Assembly: GCA_038060895.1 (NCBI GenBank)
Contig: JBBTCT010000001.1
Location: forward strand, 160,001 to 224,000
Length of the DNA: 64,000 bases
Direction of reading: 5' to 3'
Origin: Planctomycetota bacterium
Lineage (GTDB): Bacteria; Planctomycetota; MHYJ01; WSZJ01
How positions within the stretch are numbered: the first letter of the stretch is position 1; each line of letters starts with the position of its first letter. Positions 23,502 through 31,946 of the stretch are shown here, one piece after another. The notes beneath the pieces are model-generated. The model had not been told where the DNA came from, made no database searches, and was given only the letters and a program-made list of their open reading frames with translations. A program made the position numbers and the translations under genes.

Positions 23502-24212
23502 GTGACGCCTCCTGGCGATCCGGAACCCGAGGTCAGCGACGCGCTGAAGATCGCGCGCGCGACGGTGACGAAGGCGAAACTCCGCTTCCCCGTCGTCCCG
23601 CAGGAATTGCAGGGCGAGTTCAGGAAGTATCGGAACTGGTCCTGGGGCACGCTGGAAACGCCGATCGCCGACCCTTACGAGTACGAGTTGCTGGGATTGC
23701 GAGTGCTTTCCGAGCACATCGACAGGGCGCGGCGCATCCGGCACAGGGGAATCGGCAACCTCGCGATCCTGGGCCAGGGCGGCCAAGGGGCAAACTCGAT
23801 GGCGCTGACCTGGGTGCTCGTCCGCCGGCCGCTCGAAATCGTCCTGCAGATCGGCTGGGGCGGCGCCTACGCGGACGCTTCGGATTCCTGCAAGGCCTGG
23901 AACGACGCCATCGCCGCTTCCGACGAACTGCTCGACCTCGTGCCGGCGGGCGACCCCTCGACCACCCACCCGCTCAACCGCGAGTTCGACCGGTTTGTGC
24001 TCTGCGGCTCGGAATTCTACGGCGCCGGGAAACTCGAGGATTTCGGCGAACTGGCGCCGTACGACCCGAAGGCGCCGCCCGCGCCGCCCCTTCCGCCATC
24101 CACTTCGCTCGGACCGCGCGTCTTCATCGGCAATCCCAAAATTGTGATTCCCGCGGCGCTCGAAAAGGCGCGCGAATGCAGGAAGGCCGGAAAGAACCCC
24201 GCGGCGCCGTGA
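23502..24212 (+). CDS. Hypothetical protein
   Basis: 236-aa ORF with host codon bias and a GGAG SD. Motif-like segment GQGANSMAL...LQIGWGGAY. Confidence 0.7.
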   Translation: MTPPGDPEPEVSDALKIARATVTKAKLRFPVVPQELQGEFRKYRNWSWGTLETPIADPYEYELLGLRVLSEHIDRARRIRHRGIGNLAILGQGGQGANSMALTWVLVRRPLEIVLQIGWGGAYADASDSCKAWNDAIAASDELLDLVPAGDPSTTHPLNREFDRFVLCGSEFYGAGKLEDFGELAPYDPKAPPAPPLPPSTSLGPRVFIGNPKIVIPAALEKARECRKAGKNPAAP

Positions 24213-24269
24213 CTTTGGTTTCGAATCCATGAATTTTTCCGCTTCGCTCATGCCACAATTCCCCTCCGC

Positions 24270-25625
24270 ATGATTCGATCCTTTTCTCTGGTCCTCGTTC
24301 TCCTCTCCGCGGGCCTCGCCGCACGGGCCGAAGACCCGCCCCTTCGCGGCGTCGCGGCTTGCAACAAGGCGCTCAAGCTCGCCGGCGAGGGGAAGCCCGC
24401 CGAAGCGCTGAAGGTCCTCGAAGCGGCCAAGGGGACGATGGACGCGGAGGACGAGTGGCTCTGGTGGGGCAACAAGGGAAGCGCCCACCGGGACCTGCGG
24501 CAGGACGCCGAGGCCCTCCCGGCGTACCAAAAGGCCGTCGAACTCAAGCCCGACTGCTGGTTCCAGGTCGAGTACGCGACCCTGCTTCACGAGTTCGGAC
24601 GGTTCGACGAAGCGCTCAAGGTGCTCGATAAACCCGTGCAGAAGGGTTACGCAGAGAGCGCGGCCCGCCTGCGCGCGGTGGTCACGGGGCCGTACCGCAA
24701 GCGCTGGCCGCACGCCTACAAGAAGCTCGAGTATTCCGCCAAGGCGGGGCACTACCAGGTCGTCTCGGATGTGGGGGTAGACGCTGCGGAAATGGACCGG
24801 ATCGAGGCCGCGGCCGCGAAGCTGAACCCGGCCGAGAAGGTCAATATTTCAAAGCTCGAGGCCCTCTTCAAGCCAAACCCCCAGATCGTGAACATCGCCA
24901 ATCTTCTGGAGCTGACGCGCGTCGAGTACATGCGGCTGTCGGGAATGAAAGAAGCCCAGTGGCCCAAAGGCAAGGTGAGCCGGGTCTTCTACTTCCAGGC
25001 GCAGCAGGAGTTTCTCGACTTCGCTTCGGCGGCGGGAGGCGAGAAGGAGCGGGAGAGCACCGTCGGGTTCTTCGACCCGAACTTCAAGGACATCCTGCTC
25101 TACAACACGCCGGGCGGCGGCGAGGCGTTCGGGATTGCGAAGGAGACGCTGGACACGTTCTGGCACGAGGGGTGGCACCAGTTTTTCGACGTGCTGACCT
25201 CGCAGACTCCGACCTGGATTGACGAAGGGATCGCGGAATACGTGGGGAAAGGCGTGATCTCCAAAGACGGCACCAAGCTGGCGCTGGGCCAGCTGGTCAA
25301 GGAAGAGGGCGAGTTCGTCACGAGGTACGAGAAGGTGAAGGGGCTCGTGGCAGACCGCAAGCACGTCCCGTTTCGCGAGTTCTTCAAGTACGACAACAAG
25401 AAATGGAATGCAGGGGACACGCTCGCGCATTACGCGCAAGCCTGGTCGATCGTGTACTACGCGATGCGCGGCGACAACGCGGCGTTCCAGAAGGACTTCC
25501 GCAATTTCTTCCTGGAGCTGGTGAAAGGGACCCCCTGGCTCGACGCGGTCGCATCGATTTTTCCGGACGCGAAGCTGGACGCTTACGAAAGCCAGTGGCG
25601 GGTGTTCATCGACAAGCTCAAGTAG
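24270..25625 (+). CDS. Secreted TPR + DUF1570-like zinc metallopeptidase-domain protein
   Basis: Signal peptide, TPR-like helices, WHEGWHQ (HExxH), WIDEGIAEY, YAQAWS. Confidence 0.8.
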   Translation: MIRSFSLVLVLLSAGLAARAEDPPLRGVAACNKALKLAGEGKPAEALKVLEAAKGTMDAEDEWLWWGNKGSAHRDLRQDAEALPAYQKAVELKPDCWFQVEYATLLHEFGRFDEALKVLDKPVQKGYAESAARLRAVVTGPYRKRWPHAYKKLEYSAKAGHYQVVSDVGVDAAEMDRIEAAAAKLNPAEKVNISKLEALFKPNPQIVNIANLLELTRVEYMRLSGMKEAQWPKGKVSRVFYFQAQQEFLDFASAAGGEKERESTVGFFDPNFKDILLYNTPGGGEAFGIAKETLDTFWHEGWHQFFDVLTSQTPTWIDEGIAEYVGKGVISKDGTKLALGQLVKEEGEFVTRYEKVKGLVADRKHVPFREFFKYDNKKWNAGDTLAHYAQAWSIVYYAMRGDNAAFQKDFRNFFLELVKGTPWLDAVASIFPDAKLDAYESQWRVFIDKLK

Positions 25626-25902
25626 CGTCGGTGCGGGGGCCGAACCTCTGCGCCGCCCGCGCCTTCGCCCGGGCCGCTTCAACACCACGGTCGCGAGCTG
25701 GCGTCGCCGTCACGAGGCCGTCGACCAGCCGCCGCGCGACGAGGAAAACCTCGTTCACGGAGCGCTCGAACGCAGCCTCGTTCGCCTTTGAAGGCGCGTT
25801 GAAGCCGCTGATCTTCCGGACGAACTGAAGCGAGGCCGCGCGGATTTCGTCGTCGGTGGCTGGCGGCTCAAAATTGAAAAGCGTGCGGATGTTCCGGCAC
25901 AT
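25618..25902 (-). CDS. DUF2277 family protein
   Basis: MCRNIRTLFNFEPPATDDEIRAASLQFVRKISGF is the family signature. Confidence 0.9.
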   Translation of the reverse strand: MCRNIRTLFNFEPPATDDEIRAASLQFVRKISGFNAPSKANEAAFERSVNEVFLVARRLVDGLVTATPARDRGVEAARAKARAAQRFGPRTDAT

Positions 25903-25917
25903 GGGGGATTCTCCGTG

Positions 25918-26415
25918 TCAGGCCACGCCGCCCGCGGGCTGCATCAGGGCGACGACCGCGCCGGTCGGGTCCTTGAAGATGCAGAAGCGACCGACGTTGG
26001 GGATGTCCGAGGGCGGATGGATGTGAGTCCCGCCGAGCTCGGCGATCTGCTTCCATGCCGCATCGATGTCGCGCACTGCGATGTACCCGCACCAGTGCGT
26101 CGGCACCTGCGCCGGGAACTGCGGCTCGGTCATCTTCAGGATGCCGGCGGCGGACTTCCCGCCCGCCTTCGTCACGCGATACGGCGCCTGGCCCGGCCCC
26201 ATCGGCCAGTCCTCGTGCGTCCACCCGAGCAGCTTCTCGAAGAACGTGAGCGCGGCCACGTCGTCGCGCGTCATCAGCTCGTTCCACATGAACTCGCCGT
26301 GTCTCGGTTTAGGGTTCATGCTGGAAGAAGCGGGCGCGGCGGCTTTCTTGCGCGCGGGTTTGCGGGCGACACTTCTTGCCGTCTTCATTGGAGATTTCCG
26401 GGACCTTTTCGCCAT
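25918..26415 (-). CDS. VOC/glyoxalase family protein with basic N-terminal tail
   Basis: HGEFMWNELMT, W..YIAVRDIDA, DIPNVGRFCIFKDPTGA. GGAGG SD before ATG 26415. Confidence 0.88.
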   Translation of the reverse strand: MAKRSRKSPMKTARSVARKPARKKAAAPASSSMNPKPRHGEFMWNELMTRDDVAALTFFEKLLGWTHEDWPMGPGQAPYRVTKAGGKSAAGILKMTEPQFPAQVPTHWCGYIAVRDIDAAWKQIAELGGTHIHPPSDIPNVGRFCIFKDPTGAVVALMQPAGGVA

Positions 26416-26461
26416 GAACACCCTCCTATCTTTGGATGATTGCGTCGACGCTACGAGAACT

Positions 26462-27262
26462 TTATGTGGGAACTCCCAGCACCACAGCAACGCGCCAAAC
26501 GGATTGGGGCTTGGCGACTCCCTTCAACTCAACTTGCTCCTTGCTCTTTGCCAAGTTGTTTTGTGGCAGCTCAGGCTCAAAAGCACTCAGAAGACCTTCC
26601 GCATCAATGAGAAGCCCGAAGTCAGGGGCGGCCTGCTGCAGGCGTGCCGCCATGAAGATCGTTCGCCCTACGGGTGCGAGCCAGGCACCGATCTGCGGGT
26701 TTCCACCGCAGAAACGAACCTCGATCGGTCCGCGTGTGACCCCGAATCGGCCATCGACCATGTCCGAGTCGTTCAAGATCAGCGCGCCACCAAGGTTGAC
26801 CGTTCGCGTCTTGGGATTCCTGTGGGGCCGACGATTTGCTCGCACTGTCTGGTAAGCGACAAGAAGATTGATGATGCCCTTGGCAGCTTCATATTTGTCG
26901 GAGGAGTTCGGAAACCGGTCGCCGAGGTTGAACATCAGAAAAAAGCCATCACCCGTGGCGGTTACCAGGTCGGGAGGGAATTGGCGAATTAGAGCAAGAA
27001 GTTCAAAAAGCAAGTCGGACTGGGCAAGCCACGAGGGATCCGGAGTCGCCTTTTCGTCCATGACCTTTGAAGTGCTGGATTTCATGTCCCACGAGACGAC
27101 AAGTGTGTCTGCCCACGCTTCGAACATGGCTTGGTCGGGACTCGTCAAGGTGGGGATGTGACCAAGCGGCTTGCTTCGGTCACGTCCGACGATTCCAAGC
27201 CATGAGCCGAAGATGTGTGGGTTAAGCATGGTCACCTGAATTCTCAAGGGCAAGGAGGACAA
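26462..27262 (-). CDS. Stand-alone divergent class III nucleotidyl cyclase, lower GC
   Basis: VVSWDMKSST (metal Asp 1), TGDGFFLMF (Asp 2), VGRTIFMAARLQQAA, VELKGVAKPQSVW. Start codon uncertain. Confidence 0.75.
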   Translation of the reverse strand: MSSLPLRIQVTMLNPHIFGSWLGIVGRDRSKPLGHIPTLTSPDQAMFEAWADTLVVSWDMKSSTSKVMDEKATPDPSWLAQSDLLFELLALIRQFPPDLVTATGDGFFLMFNLGDRFPNSSDKYEAAKGIINLLVAYQTVRANRRPHRNPKTRTVNLGGALILNDSDMVDGRFGVTRGPIEVRFCGGNPQIGAWLAPVGRTIFMAARLQQAAPDFGLLIDAEGLLSAFEPELPQNNLAKSKEQVELKGVAKPQSVWRVAVVLGVPT

Positions 27263-27308
27263 ACACTTTAACTCCCACTGGTGGGTGACCGTTCGGGATT
27301 GCCGGGCG

Positions 27309-27602
27309 TCAAGATGTCGATCCTCCCGATATCGCCGGCACGAACGCGATCTCGTCCCCTTCCTTCAACTCCACGAGGAGCGACTTCATCTCGCGCGTGT
27401 TGTTCTCGTTGAGGAAGCAGAGCACGTGCGGCCGGAACTTCCCGTTGTCCTCGCACAGGTGAAATCTCAGCGCGGGCGCGGCGAGAAACGTGGCCTCGAT
27501 CGCCCCGGCGAGCGTCGCCGCCTCCACGCGGAGTTTCTTCGACCCCACGATGGCGTGCAGCATCGAGGGGATCAGGACGTCCACGGAGACGCTCTTCGCC
27601 AT
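27309..27602 (-). CDS. MoaD/ThiS-family ubiquitin-like (sulfur-carrier fold) protein
   Basis: 97 aa; RPHVLCFLN...LKEGDEIAFVPAISGG-STS. Starts 2 nt after the BNR gene stop. Confidence 0.9.
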   Translation of the reverse strand: MAKSVSVDVLIPSMLHAIVGSKKLRVEAATLAGAIEATFLAAPALRFHLCEDNGKFRPHVLCFLNENNTREMKSLLVELKEGDEIAFVPAISGGSTS

Positions 27603-27604
27603 GG

Positions 27605-28729
27605 CTACACGACGGCGGCGCTGACCGAAAGGACGGGGGGCAGGTACGAGGCGAGTGCCTTCCAGGAGCGCCCGGCGTCCGCGCTGTTGAAGACCTGGCC
27701 GGTGCCGGTCCCGACGTAGAGGCCGCACGGGTCCAGGGAATCGGACGACATTCCCTCGCGCAGGACATTGAGGTACGCGCCGCTTGCCGGCAGTCCCTTG
27801 GACATGGACTTCCAGCCGCCGCGCGGTCCGTTCCAGCGGAACACGCGGAACGCCCCGCTCGTGGCGCGGTAGGCGTAGTTGTTCTTCTTCTCGAGCGGGA
27901 CCGTGAAGCATGTATCGGGGTCGTTCCAGTCGAGAGCGAGCCCGAATCCGTAGTCCGTCGGGAGCCCCATCTCAATCGAATTCCAGGTCTCGCCGTGGTC
28001 GTCCGTGCGGAAAACGCCGACGTGATTCTGCTGGTACGCGCGCCCCGGCACCGCCGGGTGCAGAATGAGTTTGTGCACTCAGGTCCCGACGTCCGTGACC
28101 TTCGGCGCGCCGGGATACTTCGCGACCGCCTTGTTGATCGGCTTCCAGTTCTTCCCCCCGTCGTCCGTCCGGAACGCCCCCGCGGCCGAAATCGCCACGT
28201 ACATCCGCTTCGAATCGTGCGGGTCGAGCTGGATCGTGTGGCAGCACATCCCGCCCGCTCCCGGGCTCCACTGCTTCCGCGTCGGGTGCTCATTCAGGCC
28301 CGGCACCGGCTCCCAGGTCTTCCCTTCGTCCTCGCTCCGGAACAACCCCGCGGGCGCCGTCCCCGCGTACAGCACGCCCTTCTCCCCCTTCCGACCAGGC
28401 TCGATGTGCCAGACCCTCTCGGCCTTCGAGATGCCCCATTTCTTGTAGATCTTTTCGTGGGACGGAAGCGGCTTCGGCGGAATCGGCGGCTTCTTCGCGC
28501 CTGTGAACTTCGCGTCCTTCAGGCCGGCGCTGAAAGTAGAAGCGGCGAACACGTCGCTGACCGCGGCGGCGTGGATCTTCGGCGAGCGGCGGGCATCGAC
28601 GGTGGCGTGGTAGATCGACCATCCCTCGAGGAACGGTCCGCGCCGCTTCCACTCGCGGCGCTTTGCGGACGACTCGAACACGAACAGCCCGCGCTTGGTG
28701 CCGACGCAGACGACGACCTTGTCCGCCAT
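27605..28729 (-). CDS. BNR/Asp-box beta-propeller protein, predicted selenoprotein (Sec at codon 217)
   Basis: ORFs 28079..28729 and 27605..28078 are the same frame, separated only by TGA 28081-28079. Asp-boxes lie on both sides (RSEDEGKTW, RTDDGGKNW, RTDDHGETW, SADAGRSW). DVGT-U-VHK corresponds to the family's recalled EVGHCVH motif. SECIS-like hairpin follows. Confidence 0.85.
28042..28061 (-). promoter_or_regulatory. Putative bacterial SECIS element (BNR gene)
   Basis: GC(A)CCCGGC-GGU-GCCGGG-GC hairpin; loop starts 27 nt after the UGA. Confidence 0.7.
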
Positions 28730-28798
28730 GAAAGCCTCCGGGATTCTCGGTTCGGTGTGAGGTTACGCGACGAGGTAGCGCATGGATTCTCTCCGCTC

Positions 28799-29224
28799 CT
28801 ACTCGGACTTTGCTTTCTTCTCACGCATCGCATCCACGCTCATCGGCCCGGAACCCTTGCAGGCCATGAACAGGAAGAGGAAGCAGTAGAGCACCGCCGG
28901 TTCGCCGCCGTTCGTTCCGGGGAGGAACCTCGAGATGCCCTCCACCTTGCTGTTGACGACGTGGAACTGCCAGTAAGCGACGGCCATGGTGCCGCTGGCG
29001 AGGAAGGCGGCCGTGCGGCCGAAGAAGCCGATGGCGATCATGAGGCCTGTCACCAGCTCGATGATCCCGCCGGCCTTTCCCTGCGAGTCCAGCTGCGAGA
29101 ACGACATCTTCGAGAGCACGCCGAAGACTTTTTGCATGCCGTGAAACGCGAACATTCCGCCCGAGACGATGCGAACCAGGGCGTAAACGCGGTCCGCTAT
29201 GGGAGCCAGCATGGAACCCAGCAT
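28799..29224 (-). CDS. DoxX family membrane protein
   Basis: RIVSGGMFAFHGMQKVFG, AGGIIEL, AAFLASGTMAVAYW, NGGEPAVLYCF. Confidence 0.9.
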   Translation of the reverse strand: MLGSMLAPIADRVYALVRIVSGGMFAFHGMQKVFGVLSKMSFSQLDSQGKAGGIIELVTGLMIAIGFFGRTAAFLASGTMAVAYWQFHVVNSKVEGISRFLPGTNGGEPAVLYCFLFLFMACKGSGPMSVDAMREKKAKSE

Positions 29225-29461
29225 GTATCCCTCCTCCGTTCAGGCATTGGCGCGATTCACGAGTGCTCAGGAACATCCCGCGGCGAATGAGGCTCCCTTT
29301 TACCCTGAAGCGCCCTCAACGTCACGGTCAGGTTCCCGTGAAGTCGGAGGTCGGGCCAGAAGCAGGGTGGAGCTGCCCAGGGAAGTTCGCCGGTGATTTC
29401 GCGGACTTCCGCGTCCGCCGCGCTGCAATACCGCTCTCGCGCTTATGATCGCCGGCAAAGA

Positions 29462-29998
29462 ATGAAGCGCCGCAAGCCCCCGCAGGACCACACCTCCGCC
29501 GCTCCCCCCGAGATCGCCTGCCGCGTCATCGGCCACGTGCGTTCCCCCTACAAGGAGCGCTTCGGCACCCCGCGCCAGCCGTCCGTCACCGAGCAGACGC
29601 TCGAGGACCGCGCGCTCGAGGCGAGCATCGAGCTCCTCCCGGGGCAGAACTTTGAGCAGGCCCTCAAGGACCTCGCGGGATTCGAATACATCTGGGTGCT
29701 CGCCTGGCTGCACCTGAACGAGGGATGGAACCCGCAGGTGATTCCGCCGCGCGGTCCCGAGGTCAAGCGCGGGCTCTTCGCCACCCGCGCGCCGCACCGG
29801 CCAAATCCCATTGCGCTTTCGGCTCTTCGGCTCGTCGGCATCGAAGGCCGGATCCTCAGGATTTGCGGCATCGACCTGCTCGACGGCACGCCGGTGCTCG
29901 ACATCAAGCCCTACATTCCCTATTCCGACGCGTTTCCGGACGCGAAGGCCGGCTGGCTCGAAGGGTTGGATCCCGGCGCACCCGACCGGTGGAAGTAA
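29462..29998 (+). CDS. trmO: tRNA m6t6A37 methyltransferase TrmO/TsaA family
   Basis: IGHVRSPYKERFGTPRQ, GLFATRAPHRPNPI, GIDLLDGTPVLDIKPY. Confidence 0.9.
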   Translation: MKRRKPPQDHTSAAPPEIACRVIGHVRSPYKERFGTPRQPSVTEQTLEDRALEASIELLPGQNFEQALKDLAGFEYIWVLAWLHLNEGWNPQVIPPRGPEVKRGLFATRAPHRPNPIALSALRLVGIEGRILRICGIDLLDGTPVLDIKPYIPYSDAFPDAKAGWLEGLDPGAPDRWK

Positions 29999-30007
29999 AG
30001 GGACCGG

Positions 30008-31063
30008 CTACTTCGCCTTCTCCCACGCCGCCTTCAACGACTCCGCAGCCGCCGTTGCCTCGTCCACGGCCGCCTGCGCCCGCTTGATCTCCGCTTCCAG
30101 ATCCACGATCTCCGTCTCGGCGGCGGACTTTTCCGTTTCGATCGCCTTGAGCCGGACCTGCGCTGCTGATTTCTCGACCGCCAGGTCGGTGGACGTTTTC
30201 TTGACTGCCGTGAGCGCCTTCGATTCCTTCTCCGCGGCGGTACGCGCCGCGATCAGTTTCTTCTCGGCGTCCTTCATCGCCGGGCTGGCGTCCTTCGGCG
30301 GATCGCCCTCCTTCGGCTTCTCCTTCTCCTGGACCGCGACGAGCTTGTCCGAAGCGGCCTTGACCTTGCCTTCTGCGGCCGCGACGCGTTCTAGCACCGC
30401 AGCCTGGTCGGCCGTCGCCTTGACGATCAGTTTCTCGATGCGCTCGATGTTCGTCCGCTCGGCGGACGCGCGCGTTTCGATCTTCTTGACCTTCCCGGAG
30501 CCCCCGCCCAGCGCGGACTTCGCGGCGTCCCGCGCCGCCGCCAGGGTCGCGACCTCCCTCAGCCCCATCCGGTACGCATGCTCCGCGGGGGAGCACCAGC
30601 GGTTCTCGAATTTGATGTACCCGATGGAAGGGTAGTACGTGTCGGGGTCCCGCCAGTGGCCGTCCACCAGGTGGTAGTCCTGCTTCGTCAATTCGGCCGG
30701 GATTCCTTCCAGCTTCGGGTCGATCTTCCACGCGGCAATCAGGTGCTGGACCGCCTGGTCCGGAAGATCGCGCCCGCCCGCCCAGCGGCCAAGATCGAAC
30801 TGCGAAACCGCATTGTTCGGATCGAGCTTCGCAAGCCGCTCCTTGTACTCCTCTTCCGGCGTCGGCTTCTCCACGACCGAAGCCACGTCCTTGTGCTCGA
30901 GCGTCATCGTCCCCTTTTTCATCTTGATCTTCAGCGTCTTGCCGTCGTCCTCCAGAACCTGCCCCTCCAGGACGCGACCGTCCTTGAGGGTCACGACGTC
31001 GGCGGCCGCGAAACGGGCGGCACAGACAACGAAAATCGCGGCGCGCAGGGGATGGCACTTCAT
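30008..31063 (-). CDS. Secreted hypothetical protein with coiled-coil C-terminus
   Basis: Signal peptide, DVVTLKDGRVLEG beta-domain, A/K/E-rich heptad tail. GGAGG SD. Confidence 0.8.
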   Translation of the reverse strand: MKCHPLRAAIFVVCAARFAAADVVTLKDGRVLEGQVLEDDGKTLKIKMKKGTMTLEHKDVASVVEKPTPEEEYKERLAKLDPNNAVSQFDLGRWAGGRDLPDQAVQHLIAAWKIDPKLEGIPAELTKQDYHLVDGHWRDPDTYYPSIGYIKFENRWCSPAEHAYRMGLREVATLAAARDAAKSALGGGSGKVKKIETRASAERTNIERIEKLIVKATADQAAVLERVAAAEGKVKAASDKLVAVQEKEKPKEGDPPKDASPAMKDAEKKLIAARTAAEKESKALTAVKKTSTDLAVEKSAAQVRLKAIETEKSAAETEIVDLEAEIKRAQAAVDEATAAAESLKAAWEKAK

Positions 31064-31136
31064 GCGGTCCTCCAGGCAGTTCGGGACGTGAAGCGGGCAG
31101 GGCTGTCCGCCGGCGATCTTATCAGCCGGAAGCCCT

Positions 31137-31607
31137 TCAAGCCCCGAGCAGCTTTTCCATCATCCCGTTCTGGGCCGAGTAACCGAGGTCCTCGTAGAGA
31201 GCGATCGCCCCGGCATTCGTTGCGTGGACGACCAGCCGCAGGAGGCCGATCCCCTGGCCCCGGGAACGCCGCTCGACCTCCGCAAGAAGCGCCCGCGCGA
31301 TGCCGTGCCGCCGTTCGCTCGCGAGGACGAACACCATCGCGACCTCCGTGAACTTCGGGCCGTGCAGGCCGTCGCCGTCCGATCGCACGCCCGCATGGAT
31401 CCACGCGATCACGCCGGCGCCGGCGTCGGCGACGATCCAGAATTCGGCAGGGTCGGCGATGTCGACCGCGAAGACGGCGGAAGCGTCGCGCAGGAAGCGC
31501 AGGCGCTCCGGGGAATGGCCCAGCGCATCGGGGAGGTCTATGGCACTCTCGCGGAGGCCGCGGACGGCCGCAAAGTCGCGCAATTCGGCGGAGCGGACGA
31601 GAAGCAT
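31137..31607 (-). CDS. GNAT N-acetyltransferase
   Basis: VFVLASERRHGIARALL (motif A), NAGAIALYEDLGY. Start uncertain. Confidence 0.8.
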   Translation of the reverse strand: MLLVRSAELRDFAAVRGLRESAIDLPDALGHSPERLRFLRDASAVFAVDIADPAEFWIVADAGAGVIAWIHAGVRSDGDGLHGPKFTEVAMVFVLASERRHGIARALLAEVERRSRGQGIGLLRLVVHATNAGAIALYEDLGYSAQNGMMEKLLGA

Positions 31608-31946
31608 GCAGGCGATCAATCTGATGGTGTCGGGCGGAAGGCCCGTGGGAAGCCGCCCGCACTGTACGCTTCCGGATTGCAAATCGTTTATACAAATTGT
31701 CCTGACGGATTCTCTCGAACATATCCACCTTCGTCGTTCCGTTCAAGGATCCGCAACCGTCGTTCATGGTGGGACCTGCCTGGCAAACTCACCCGACCCC
31801 TTGCTGCTCTCATTCTTCACGCGGTCTGGTCTTTCCCGGCGCCTGAACCGGGTCCACCGGTCCGCGGGATTCGAACTCGCGCTCTACGAAGACATCCCCT
31901 GCGGCCACGCTGCCGGACGGGCGATTCCGCTCGCTCCCTGAGGCCG

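Noticed and set aside
26462-27262. Complete Pycsar/CBASS defence system
   Set aside because: No adjacent cyclic-nucleotide-binding TM or TIR effector. Only the cyclase-like gene is supported.
27309-27311. MoaD stop TGA as a fourth Sec codon
   Set aside because: It lies after the GG terminus of a complete domain, with no Cys-equivalent position, and the read-through sequence is not protein-like.
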